Part shown: positions 1 to 8,055 of the stretch, piece by piece | Layout: the number at the start of each line of letters is the position of its first letter | How positions within the stretch are numbered: position 1 is the stretch's first letter | Virus record (IMG/VR): IMGVR_UViG_3300020045_002805 | Location: 1 to 26,244 of that record | Direction: 5' to 3' (one strand) | Length of the DNA: 26,244 bases | Origin: a virus | Lineage: Duplodnaviria; Caudoviricetes | Notes under the pieces: generated by a model | Seen by the model: the letters and a program-made list of their open reading frames with translations, nothing else | Database searches by the model: none | What the model was told of the DNA's origin: nothing | Made by a program: the position numbers and the translations under genes

Positions 1-355
1 TCTGAGACATTAGCGTGTTTTTCGCTTTAGCAACGAAAAGATTATCGGCGAATATCAAATAAACGGGAATGTTCCCTTGTGATTCTTTTTGAACTTTTAA
101 CTTTTGCTTTTTCATGAATATACAGCCGTTAAGTATGACGTCGGGCTCGTACCCTTGTGTCATGTTTTTGGCCTTAGAATTTGGCAAATAGTTAGTGCCT
201 AAAAGGCGGCTATTCTTTGCGCTGTCTTTCAGGTTAAAAGTATTGGAAAATGAGTATAAATCTTGAATCCCGTTCAACTGCTGCGACTTTTTGAAGGTTA
301 CAACGGTTGCCGGGTCGATGTCTAGGGCCTCGTTATTTAGGATTATTTTTATCAC
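1..355 (-). CDS. Putative tail/baseplate structural protein, 5' part only (runs off the window's left edge)
   Basis: Not in the ORF track. GTG at 355 overlaps the upstream TGA stop (GTGA). The frame reads MIKIILNNEALDIDPATVVTFKKSQQLNGIQDLYSFSNTFNLKDSAKNSRLLG... and stays open to the edge. The LDI...YSFSNTF...N.RLLG pattern resembles N-termini of Bacteroidota phage tail proteins. Confidence 0.6.
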   Translation of the reverse strand, partial: MIKIILNNEALDIDPATVVTFKKSQQLNGIQDLYSFSNTFNLKDSAKNSRLLGTNYLPNSKAKNMTQGYEPDVILNGCIFMKKQKLKVQKESQGNIPVYLIFADNLFVAKAKNTLMSQ

Positions 356-1470
356 AGTTTAAAGTTTCCGCTATTGGTTATTTTTGCGCTAAGCGTAAAG
401 TCGAAAGTTTGCCGGCGAGACGCCGAAGATCCGGATACTTCGCATTCGATAAATACGTCGTTATCGTTTAGCTGTTTTAAATTCATTTCGACTTTTGGCG
501 AACGAAGCATCATGTCGAATAGCTCTTTTAACTGGATTAGCTTCGAGCCCTTGAAACTTAATTCAGATTTATAGTCCACGTCCGACTGAACGGCGGGGGA
601 CTTATTCTCATTTTCGTTAAAATATGCGCGATCGTAAAACGTTGTCTTTGAACGGTCGGAGCTTTCAGCGTCGAGGTTCGAATAGAAATAAGAAAAGCCG
701 CCTTTATTGTTGAAAAATCTAAATTGGATTACTGGCTCGCACGTGTCTTTGAAGTCAAGTGTAAAAAGCTTTTTCGCTGGGTTCTGATTGGTGCAAGTTA
801 CTTCGCGCAACGACTTAACGGCGTCGAGTTGGCCCTCGGTAAACGCGTAAGTTGCAACCCCAACCGTGTCAACTATTGCGGCGGTTATGCCCGCAACCGT
901 TACGGTGTTGGACGTCAACTCGTTCGTAAATATCGAAACATAGTTATCGAAGCCTCTGCATATCTCTATGTTTTCAGGTGCTAAGAATGTGAGCTTATCA
1001 GCAACTAACGGGTTGGTAAACTTATCAAATAGCAGGCGTTCGCCCAATATTGAGTAAAAGTCTGCGGAGGTGCTGTCCACCGCGCCTAGGCCGTCAGTGA
1101 ACACAAAATTATCGAAAATGTAATTGTCGAAAGTAAATGAGGTGTCCTCTGGCACTGAGCCGTCACGGATCTTTAGCGAGGTTTCGAATTTTTCGATTGA
1201 TAAGTTTTTCGTCCCGCTGAAATCGAACTCGAAGCCGTTTAGTTGCAACGCCTTGAAGAACTCTTCGGCGTTTACCGAAAATACCTTAGTTTGAGTGTTG
1301 GGAAAAACGTTTCGGATTATTGCCGTTTTATCGGCGTATAAGGATTTTATCACAACGTCACAAACATAATCGTCGAAGTTTCCCACGACTGAGTCGGTTG
1401 TAAACTCAAAAAGTACGGGACTCGTACAGTTGAAAAATAAAGCGGGTTGCTTGGTTATCGTAATTGCCAT
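352..1470 (-). CDS. Putative virion tail structural protein (distal-tail-like)
   Basis: 372-aa beta-rich ORF coupled to its neighbours. The FRFFNNKGGFSYFY motif resembles the N..GG...F motif of Bacteroidota phage tail proteins. Position is downstream of terL. Confidence 0.5.
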   Translation of the reverse strand: MAITITKQPALFFNCTSPVLFEFTTDSVVGNFDDYVCDVVIKSLYADKTAIIRNVFPNTQTKVFSVNAEEFFKALQLNGFEFDFSGTKNLSIEKFETSLKIRDGSVPEDTSFTFDNYIFDNFVFTDGLGAVDSTSADFYSILGERLLFDKFTNPLVADKLTFLAPENIEICRGFDNYVSIFTNELTSNTVTVAGITAAIVDTVGVATYAFTEGQLDAVKSLREVTCTNQNPAKKLFTLDFKDTCEPVIQFRFFNNKGGFSYFYSNLDAESSDRSKTTFYDRAYFNENENKSPAVQSDVDYKSELSFKGSKLIQLKELFDMMLRSPKVEMNLKQLNDNDVFIECEVSGSSASRRQTFDFTLSAKITNSGNFKL

Positions 1471-1886
1471 TGTGTTGTCTTTAAGTTCGTAACTATATCG
1501 TTAATCGCCAGATCCATAACACGCTGGATATTGGCCGGATTTAAAACCGATTTCAAAGCGGGAGAGCCTCCTACTCTGTCCCACGTTGTACCGTCTCGAA
1601 GTATCGCGTTAAGCACTGTTTCGGGATCCATAACCCCGTCAAGTCCTTTCGCTGCGAGCCATTCAACAATATCGGCCAGCGTTGGCGGGCTTTTATATTG
1701 TTCGCCGTCCCGGAGTTCCAGAATATAGTCGAGAGCGTATATCTTAACTTCGTCCTTATCCGGTGTTGAGGTGCTTTCAGAAGTCACGGACTCGATTAAT
1801 CGCCGTGTGGCGATCAGGTCGTCCGTTTCGATTGCGCCTATAAGCGGCTGCACAAACTCTGTTTCGACTATTCGCTCTAAATCCAT
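1455..1886 (-). CDS. Putative neck/tail-completion protein (HK97 gp10-like)
   Basis: 143 aa with a Y..EL.DG....PP...I.EW...KG...AI.RDGT pattern, in a structural operon. Confidence 0.45.
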   Translation of the reverse strand: MDLERIVETEFVQPLIGAIETDDLIATRRLIESVTSESTSTPDKDEVKIYALDYILELRDGEQYKSPPTLADIVEWLAAKGLDGVMDPETVLNAILRDGTTWDRVGGSPALKSVLNPANIQRVMDLAINDIVTNLKTTQWQLR

Positions 1887-2344
1887 ATCAAATAATTAAC
1901 CTCAACGCCTGTACAGCTTGTAGACTTGGTGTATTTCACCGAGTTATAAAGTGGGCGTAAAGAGTTTATATCTATTTGAAAGTCGCACGCGATATAGTTC
2001 TGCAGCTCTATTGCAAATGCTAAATTTAAAAGCTTTTTCACGATATCGGTAAATTGGCCGTTATCGGACGTTGCGGCGTTCGTGTCTGTACCTATTTCGG
2101 CAGGCACCCCAATAAACAAAACGCCGTCGAATCTCATTCTGCCCTCACCGCGTAACGGTGTGCCGCTGTCAAGGCGGTCGATAAAAAACCAATTTGGTTT
2201 TATTTCGTTCGGCGTTACGCCGGTGGGGTCTGTCTCGTAGTATTGAAAGTCGTTAAACCCTGCAATGTACGCGAACAGGTCCGACGGGTCGGATATCGTG
2301 GGTAAAATGTACGTTTCGTCTTTTGGTCTTAGTATGGTTGCCAT
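1877..2344 (-). CDS. Hypothetical structural protein (possible tail terminator)
   Basis: 155 aa, overlaps both neighbours, ends in a beta-strand-like segment (GVEVNYLIWI). Function inferred from size and position only. Confidence 0.45.
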   Translation of the reverse strand: MATILRPKDETYILPTISDPSDLFAYIAGFNDFQYYETDPTGVTPNEIKPNWFFIDRLDSGTPLRGEGRMRFDGVLFIGVPAEIGTDTNAATSDNGQFTDIVKKLLNLAFAIELQNYIACDFQIDINSLRPLYNSVKYTKSTSCTGVEVNYLIWI

Positions 2345-2553
2345 ATCTCAAGTGTTACTTTTATAAAACAATAAAGCCCGTAGGCTTTTACCGTGTAATC
2401 TAATACCCGCATACCCGTATGAGCTTTAGGCAGCCATTGCCGTAACCAGTTGTGATATTTTTGGCCGGGCGAGCGCAACACGTAAAAGCACGATCGCACA
2501 TATATCCAGACAAATAGGCTTACAAGTAGGAAAAGTTGAATAGTGTATATCAT
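2329..2553 (-). CDS. Small membrane protein
   Basis: 74 aa with a hydrophobic N-terminal segment and an ATGA overlap with the upstream gene. Confidence 0.5.
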   Translation of the reverse strand: MIYTIQLFLLVSLFVWIYVRSCFYVLRSPGQKYHNWLRQWLPKAHTGMRVLDYTVKAYGLYCFIKVTLEIWQPY

Positions 2554-3098
2554 TTTTTCGGTTTATTTCGTTCGAACTCATTGAACACGTTCAATTTATC
2601 CGCTAAGATAGATAAAATAATTGTGTCGAGGTTAAAGAGTTCTCTTTTTTCCTGTCTTTTTTCGTTGAAGTTTACCGGAATGCTCTTTTTATCGGCCCAA
2701 TACTGGATATAATACAGCTTGTCAACGGTTGCATCGCGAAATCCGCGGCTCGATCCCTCGACGTTGTAACTCGCCTGAACGTCCGCTATCGCGTCACGTA
2801 GGTATTTAACCGCCTGTGTGAATTTATGCGTGAACGCTTTAGTGACTATTGGCGTGTAAGCGTTGGGGCATTGAATTTTAAACGCCTTGAAAAACCTCAA
2901 CACGATAGCGGCGAACGCTTCGGGCGTGTCGGCTTCCTGAATGTCGAGCCAGTCGAACGCGTTGATCTTATCCACGATGTCGAGGTGAGTAATCCCGATA
3001 TTAAGAAATTCGGCGTTAACGTCTTCGTGTCTTAAGATTGCTTTTTCTTTCCGGTTTGGGAGTTTGAAAGCATTGCGTATTTTAGCGGTTAATCCCAT
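2550..3098 (-). CDS. Hypothetical protein
   Basis: 182-aa ORF overlapping the terL stop, on the operon strand. Confidence 0.7.
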   Translation of the reverse strand: MGLTAKIRNAFKLPNRKEKAILRHEDVNAEFLNIGITHLDIVDKINAFDWLDIQEADTPEAFAAIVLRFFKAFKIQCPNAYTPIVTKAFTHKFTQAVKYLRDAIADVQASYNVEGSSRGFRDATVDKLYYIQYWADKKSIPVNFNEKRQEKRELFNLDTIILSILADKLNVFNEFERNKPKK

Positions 3099-4453
3099 TT
3101 TGGCATTGTTTTAAGTTCAAAAATAAAGCGCATCAGTAACGCATCGAACCAGTCAGGCGAGCGACCGGTGCGCTTTTTAAATTCCTTTTTGCTTTCAAGC
3201 TTAATAACGCCTTCATCGTCCGCCGGCTCCCGCAGGATTTGCTCTAGGTCGGAGATAATTTGTTTCTTGAAAGCCAAATCGGCTATAAAGATAATATTAT
3301 TTTTCAATGCATCGCGCAAAAGAAAGGCACATTCTGTCTTTAAATTTTTGTACTGCTTGTTTTTAAGCGGTGCGGAGTTGTTGATAAACGGCTTTGCGGC
3401 GTCTAGTTTCTTAAGACTTTCCGCCGTGAACTTTCGAAGCCCGTCCGCATCATATACGATATTGCTGTATGGGACTTGCCACTCTTCGGCGAGTTCTTTT
3501 ATTCGCGTGCCTATCGCCGTTTCGTCTATTTTGTCGATAGCGATAACTTTTATAACACGCCAGCCATGCCAGATCAATATCACGAAAATATCGGCACCCA
3601 TGTACGCGACATCGGCAGACATGTATTTCTGTCCGGTTGGTTTTATGAATGAGTTCGTGAATAAGTTCAGAATGTCATCATAATCGATAAGCGTTAGCGG
3701 GTTGTCGGCGTACTCCCAGATCCCGTGAACGAGTCGAGCTATGCTCTTTGGATCGTCCTTGAAGGTTTTTAAAAGGTCCGGGATATAGTTCTTTGGTAAG
3801 CACTTATTATCGGTTGGCAAGGCTTGCACGAACTTACGCCACGACGGTAAGGTGTTTTCCTTGTTCGCTAGGTAATAGTCTTCGTAAACGAAATTCTTTG
3901 AAGGGTTGAGCGTTACGAGTAGTTTAGCTCTAAGGCCGTAAAGATCATTTTTCCAGCGCCCAATGGCTGCCTGTAGCATGGATTTAGCTTTCGCGCTAAG
4001 CTCGCCCGCTTCTTCGATCCAACCGCGGGTAAACTGCATCGATCCGAAGCGTTCGAATTCTGGATCCGTTGGCAAATATGCCGCTTCGAGCAGAAATACC
4101 TTAGATCCGTTGTACAGCGTGTAAAAGTTATCTTGCCCGTTAAAGCTGTAGTATCTTTCGTCGAGGCCCCAATCAGTTAGGACTTCGGCAATAGTTGGCA
4201 TTGTAAATTTTCTAAGGTCGTTTAGCTTTTTTCGGGCGATAAAATAGTGAGTTCCTGGGTAAATAAGCGCATCGCCGAAGATAAGCGAGGCCCCAAGATA
4301 CGATTTACCGTTACCTTTCGAACCCCCGTAAGCGATATCGCTCACTTCGTCGTCAATCCAGTACTTCGCGACTTGTTCCTGCTTGTCGTTGCCTCGAGTA
4401 TTGAACTCGATAACGATCGACTTAGAGGTCGTATTCCTCGTTTGGGCTTTCAT
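3089..4453 (-). CDS. terL: Terminase large subunit
   Basis: Walker A YGGSKGNGKS, Walker B GWIEEAGE, coupling motif TLNP, and RNase H-like nuclease motifs SADVA, YDADG and SPDWFDAL. Confidence 0.95.
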   Translation of the reverse strand: MKAQTRNTTSKSIVIEFNTRGNDKQEQVAKYWIDDEVSDIAYGGSKGNGKSYLGASLIFGDALIYPGTHYFIARKKLNDLRKFTMPTIAEVLTDWGLDERYYSFNGQDNFYTLYNGSKVFLLEAAYLPTDPEFERFGSMQFTRGWIEEAGELSAKAKSMLQAAIGRWKNDLYGLRAKLLVTLNPSKNFVYEDYYLANKENTLPSWRKFVQALPTDNKCLPKNYIPDLLKTFKDDPKSIARLVHGIWEYADNPLTLIDYDDILNLFTNSFIKPTGQKYMSADVAYMGADIFVILIWHGWRVIKVIAIDKIDETAIGTRIKELAEEWQVPYSNIVYDADGLRKFTAESLKKLDAAKPFINNSAPLKNKQYKNLKTECAFLLRDALKNNIIFIADLAFKKQIISDLEQILREPADDEGVIKLESKKEFKKRTGRSPDWFDALLMRFIFELKTMPKWD

Positions 4454-4886
4454 CTGAGGCTATTTCGTTTTTTATAATCATTCCCGTAATAACTGGCATT
4501 TGCAGTTTTTCGCCGTCGCTGGTAATGTCTAGCTTATCGCCGTATTTAGTCGGGCGCATCTTGCCAAGTACCCATTTACGGGCATCGATTCGAATACGGG
4601 ACCGCGCGGCAAACTCCTGATTAAACTGAATCCCTTTTTCGGTCACAAGTTCGTCGAGCGTGGAGTCGTCGGCTATTTCCAGAATCTCCTCGAAGATCTT
4701 TTCTGCCCGTAAATCAGTCGCGCGCGCGTAACGCTCTCGGTATTTGTCCGATCTGTCGCACCAAAGATAAAAAGTATTTATGCCGATACGCATTTCCTTT
4801 AGAATTCGCCTGAGAGGTTCCCCGGCGATAATCCTTTTTAAAATGCTATCAAACGCCTCTTCTCGTTGCTCGGCTGTATATGCCAT
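4422..4886 (-). CDS. terS: Terminase small subunit
   Basis: N-terminal HTH (GEPLRRIL...INTFYLW) and the typical RSRIRIDARKWVLGKMRPTKYGDK motif. Start moved to the ATG at 4886 because the longer start overlaps the -7 promoter element. Confidence 0.9.
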   Translation of the reverse strand: MAYTAEQREEAFDSILKRIIAGEPLRRILKEMRIGINTFYLWCDRSDKYRERYARATDLRAEKIFEEILEIADDSTLDELVTEKGIQFNQEFAARSRIRIDARKWVLGKMRPTKYGDKLDITSDGEKLQMPVITGMIIKNEIASDESPNEEYDL

Positions 4887-4910
4887 GATCTTTTCAGGTT
4901 TAAACTTTTT

Positions 4911-4918
4911 CAAAGATA
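4911..4918 (-). promoter_or_regulatory. Bacteroidota -7 promoter element (TATCTTTG) for the terS operon
   Basis: Matches TAnnTTTG, ~25 nt upstream of the terS ATG. Confidence 0.75.
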
Positions 4919-4943
4919 TAAACTATTTCCGAATGTGGGCCGC

Positions 4944-5360
4944 GTAAACACAAATATTTTTAGGTTGCACTTTTTAACTTGCACGGCGTCAAGCAGTTAC
5001 GGCTAAAACGTAAACACGATTTTATTTGTGTTTACGTTCGTGTTTACCTGTTAAGCCTTATTGTCAAAGGGCTAAGGGCTAAAAGTAAACACAGAAACAC
5101 AGAAACAGACGCGGCAACATATTATACGTGCGTATTACGTAAATATACGTTTTATATGTATTATTATTCTTATATATTTAATATATTTATAATTTACCTA
5201 TATATTGTGTTTCTGTGTTTACTTTTAGCCCTCCGCCCTTACGGGCTATGGTGTTGAAACGTAAACACGTTGTGTTTATTTCTGTTTATTTGTGTTTACT
5301 TTTTCAATTTGGTACATTTCTATGCCTCAAAACGTAAACACGGGTTTTATTTGTGTTTAC
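4944..5360. repeat. Iteron-like array (element A): 10 copies of GTAAACAC/GTGTTTAC with a 27-bp perfect inverted repeat around an AT-rich core; candidate replication origin or packaging site
   Basis: Octamers start at 4944, 5010, 5028, 5040, 5085, 5215, 5261, 5292, 5334 and 5353. The IR AGGGCTAAAAGTAAACACAGAAACACA lies at 5075-5101 and its complement at 5206-5232. Confidence 0.85.
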
Positions 5361-5403
5361 GTTTTTACCGGTTAATTTTATAATTTTAGTCGTCAGGAGG
5401 CAT

Positions 5404-5430
5404 AAAAAAAACCGACTCTTTGAGCCGGTT
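5404..5430 (-). terminator. Rho-independent terminator ending the accessory operon
   Basis: Minus strand AACCGGCTC-AAA-GAGTCGGTT followed by a T-run. Confidence 0.8.
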
Positions 5431-5453
5431 CGGATTATTCGCGTTTGTGAAAT

Positions 5454-6215
5454 TTACATTTTTGGGCGCGTGGTCCTCTTAGTATAATACTCGTGCAACT
5501 CCTCTATATATCCTACTCCCGAGTGCCCTTGAATTTCACTAGACATGTAAGTTAATTTACTTCGATCGTGATCGCTTAGTTTGGCCCACCAGGTTAGCGA
5601 GTTTATTGTTTGTAAATGATGGTCTACCGTAAGTACTAGTTTATCTATTGTTCCGCGAAGACTTGCCTCTTCGGCGTTGCCGTTCATAACTTGTAGGGCG
5701 TATCTGGCGCTGCACTCCGTTGTTTCAACTTTTCGGTTTAGACTGATATCGTAAAATCTTAGCCCCCTGATTTGTGCCTCATTTTCTACAGCTCTGGATA
5801 CTTCGGTCGAGTGTGTTTGCGACGTGAAGGCAACGATCTCGTAACTCCGGTTAAATTCTAGCGCGGTATGTATCTCATAGGGTGTAGTAAACGCGGCGCC
5901 TCTATCGTCAACTCCGGGCATTTCAAACGTATTTACTTCGGTTGAATTGGCCAAGGATTGAATTAGTATCGACTTTCCGGCGCCAGCTTCTCCGCTAATA
6001 TACATAAGACACTTAAGTCTGTTCTCCGGTGTTTCGGGCTCGCCGATATTCGCGTATCCGTTGCGCCAGTCCCATAATAGCGTACCGTCTTGCAACGCCC
6101 ATATTGAGGTATTATCTGGCTGCATTAGCGGCGCATCGGTTGGTATTTGTTCTCCGAAGTGTTTACGTACTTCGGCTTCCTCTGGCCTCTGTGGGCGGGT
6201 GTTAAATGATTCCAT
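5454..6215 (-). CDS. Hypothetical protein with a P-loop (Walker A) motif
   Basis: 253 aa with MYISGEAGAGKS after a hydrophobic strand. Confidence 0.7.
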   Translation of the reverse strand: MESFNTRPQRPEEAEVRKHFGEQIPTDAPLMQPDNTSIWALQDGTLLWDWRNGYANIGEPETPENRLKCLMYISGEAGAGKSILIQSLANSTEVNTFEMPGVDDRGAAFTTPYEIHTALEFNRSYEIVAFTSQTHSTEVSRAVENEAQIRGLRFYDISLNRKVETTECSARYALQVMNGNAEEASLRGTIDKLVLTVDHHLQTINSLTWWAKLSDHDRSKLTYMSSEIQGHSGVGYIEELHEYYTKRTTRPKM

Positions 6216-6228
6216 AGTTTATACGGTT

Positions 6229-6873
6229 TTAAGAATTTAAAAATGTGTAGTACGCGCGATAACCTTCATACGCGGCGCGTATCTGATTGAATTCGTCGGT
6301 ACCGCGTCGCGTCGAGTATTCCTCTTCTGAGGCGAAAAAGGCGTCCCATGTGTCTATAGTTTTCCACTTGCAGCCTATCTGAATGCCTTCGCCTAAGACA
6401 GTTACAGGCCATTTACAATAGATAGGCATGTTTGCCAATTTAGCATTTACGGCGCCGCTAAGGCTGGCGCCTCTAAGGTCGGCGCCGCTAAGGCTGGCGC
6501 CTCTAAGGTCGGCGCTGCTAAGGTCGGCGCCTCTAAGGTTGGCGCCTCTAAGGTCGGCGCCTCTAAGGTTGGCGCCTCTAAGGTCGGCGCCTCTAAGGTT
6601 GGCGCTGCTAAGGTCGGCGCTGCTAAGGTCGGCGCCTCTAAGGTTGGCGCCTCTAAGGTCGGCGCCTCTAAGGTTGGCGCTGCTAAGGTCGGCGCTGCTA
6701 AGGTCGGCGCCTCTAAGGTTGGCGCTGCTAAGGTCGGCGCTGCTAAGGTCGGCGCCTCTAAGGATCGCATGTTTAAGTGTTTCTTTAATTGTGTTGCCTT
6801 CGCATTCGTATTCGAAGATTACGCGGCCTAGCCACGTTTTAATCTGGATCTTAATTTTTGTTGGGCTTTCCAT
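6229..6873 (-). CDS. Pentapeptide repeat protein
   Basis: 21 tandem A(D/N/S)Lxx repeats flanked by the N-terminal domain and the C-terminal IQIGC-containing domain common in phage pentapeptide proteins. Confidence 0.92.
   Translation of the reverse strand: MESPTKIKIQIKTWLGRVIFEYECEGNTIKETLKHAILRGADLSSADLSSANLRGADLSSADLSSANLRGADLRGANLRGADLSSADLSSANLRGADLRGANLRGADLRGANLRGADLSSADLRGASLSGADLRGASLSGAVNAKLANMPIYCKWPVTVLGEGIQIGCKWKTIDTWDAFFASEEEYSTRRGTDEFNQIRAAYEGYRAYYTFLNS
6448..6762. repeat. 15-bp tandem repeat, 21 units, encoding the pentapeptide repeats
   Basis: Near-identical units GGCGCCTCTAAGGT(C/T) and GGCGCTGCTAAGGT(C/T). Confidence 0.95.
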
Positions 6874-6877
6874 TTTT

Positions 6878-7036
6878 TTAGGAGTTTTTAAATTTATAAT
6901 TATGCTTTTTAGTTATTCGGATCCTTCGGCGCTCAACCGCTTCGCCGCTATTGGCAAGTATGAACGCGGCCACGAGTTCAGGCGTTACGACCGCCCCGTC
7001 GTTAAGCAGGACGGTTTTAAATTCTGTAACCGTCAC
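6878..7036 (-). CDS. Small hypothetical protein (52 aa)
   Basis: Not in the track. GTG overlaps the upstream TGA, reads [40 protein letters not shown]..., and fills the gap to the next gene. Confidence 0.45.
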   Translation of the reverse strand: MTVTEFKTVLLNDGAVVTPELVAAFILANSGEAVERRRIRITKKHNYKFKNS

Positions 7037-7284
7037 GATACGTTAGGTTTAGCCGCCGTAACGGCGTTAATCAGATTACCGTTTAAGGCTCTGAGGTCTG
7101 CAATAGTTTCCGCCTGCATCGTGCGCGCTCTTAACTGCGCCGCGAGTGTTGCGTCAAGTACAGCGTACACGCCTATCCCACCGACAAGACTATCGATTAC
7201 CTTTTTGAAAACTGGATCGGCACTGTATCGCTCTTCGCCGTTTACGAACTTTTCGAGAACATCAGTTAATTGGATCTTTTCCAT
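7033..7284 (-). CDS. Hypothetical protein
   Basis: 83 aa, ATG start, tightly packed in the operon. Confidence 0.7.
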   Translation of the reverse strand: MEKIQLTDVLEKFVNGEERYSADPVFKKVIDSLVGGIGVYAVLDATLAAQLRARTMQAETIADLRALNGNLINAVTAAKPNVS

Positions 7285-7291
7285 AATTACG

Positions 7292-7483
7292 TTATTTAGT
7301 TAGTGTATCGCCAACGGCGATATATTTAAGGTCCTGAGAATTGAAGGCGTTGCCGCCTCGTTCGAGTGTGCGCTCGCACCGGTTAATAATCGCGGTCTGG
7401 CTAAACACATACCCGCCTATCGCGCCAAGCGTTACCAGCGTAACGGCTATAGCTAGTTCAGTTAATAGTTTCTTTATGTCCAT
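7292..7483 (-). CDS. Small membrane protein
   Basis: 63 aa with one TM segment (LAIAVTLVTLGAIGGYVF). Confidence 0.7.
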   Translation of the reverse strand: MDIKKLLTELAIAVTLVTLGAIGGYVFSQTAIINRCERTLERGGNAFNSQDLKYIAVGDTLTK

Positions 7484-7493
7484 AATTCCTATT

Positions 7494-7649
7494 TTAGTTA
7501 GTAGCGAGCGTTAGGCGGCCGGTGAATGCATTTTTAGAATGGGCTTTTCGAACTTTCTGGATTTTCAAAGCTTCTTTGTAGTCATGGGCTTTTACCGTGT
7601 TAGTGTAGTTAACTCCGTTAATAATGACGATGTTCGTGTATGTTTTCAT
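7494..7649 (-). CDS. Small hypothetical protein (51 aa)
   Basis: Not in the track. MKTYTNIVIINGVNYTNTVKAHDYKEALKIQKVRKAHSKNAFTGRLTLATN; ATG 2 nt after the upstream stop. Confidence 0.7.
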   Translation of the reverse strand: MKTYTNIVIINGVNYTNTVKAHDYKEALKIQKVRKAHSKNAFTGRLTLATN

Positions 7650-7651
7650 AA

Positions 7652-7960
7652 TTAAAGATTTTTAAACTGATTAACTTTTGCGGCTCCAAAGTATGCCACT
7701 TGTTTTGCGTGATTGCTTTCAGAATAAGGCTTAGAAAATGATACTGAAATAGTTTTAGAACCCGCCCCTAAAATAGTATCTAGATGAGAATACGTAGGCA
7801 ATAAAGAATCACTTTCGTTTGTAAGATAAAAGTCTTTTAACATTGTCATTGCTTCAGCCAAAGTAACTTCGTTGTTTTTAACGGCGTTGTATTTGTTAAG
7901 CTCAGTAATTATTCCGATTCTTTTAGCTTTTAAGTTTTCTATTTTTTGAGCAGTTGTCAT
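7652..7960 (-). CDS. Hypothetical protein, AT-rich, first gene of the accessory operon
   Basis: ATG at 7960 (MTTAQK) preferred because the longer TTG start overlaps the promoter. Confidence 0.75.
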   Translation of the reverse strand: MTTAQKIENLKAKRIGIITELNKYNAVKNNEVTLAEAMTMLKDFYLTNESDSLLPTYSHLDTILGAGSKTISVSFSKPYSESNHAKQVAYFGAAKVNQFKNL

Positions 7961-7987
7961 AGTTTCTAAGTGTTTTATTTTGATATT

Positions 7988-7995
7988 CAAAGATA
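7988..7995 (-). promoter_or_regulatory. Bacteroidota -7 promoter element (TATCTTTG)
   Basis: Minus strand TAGTTGTATCTTTG, same context as the promoter at 18801. Confidence 0.8.
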
Positions 7996-8055
7996 CAACT
8001 AATTTACGCTATGTAAAATTATTTTACCATTTTAACAAAACTTTAACATTTACGG

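Noticed and set aside
4979-5257. 92-aa plus-strand ORF (and the 60-aa ORF at 18971-19153)
   Set aside because: They lie within the iteron/AT-rich elements, have low-complexity Y/I/F-rich translations and are on the non-coding strand.
4944-5360. Possible CRISPR array (given the Cas4-like gene)
   Set aside because: Repeats are 8-bp cores in both orientations with irregular spacing, not direct repeats with uniform spacers. DUF2800 is a standard stand-alone phage nuclease.
6428-7303. 291-aa plus-strand ORF and 107-aa alternative-frame ORF (6447-6770)
   Set aside because: Shadow frames kept open by the stop-free 15-bp repeat; they overlap convincing minus-strand genes.
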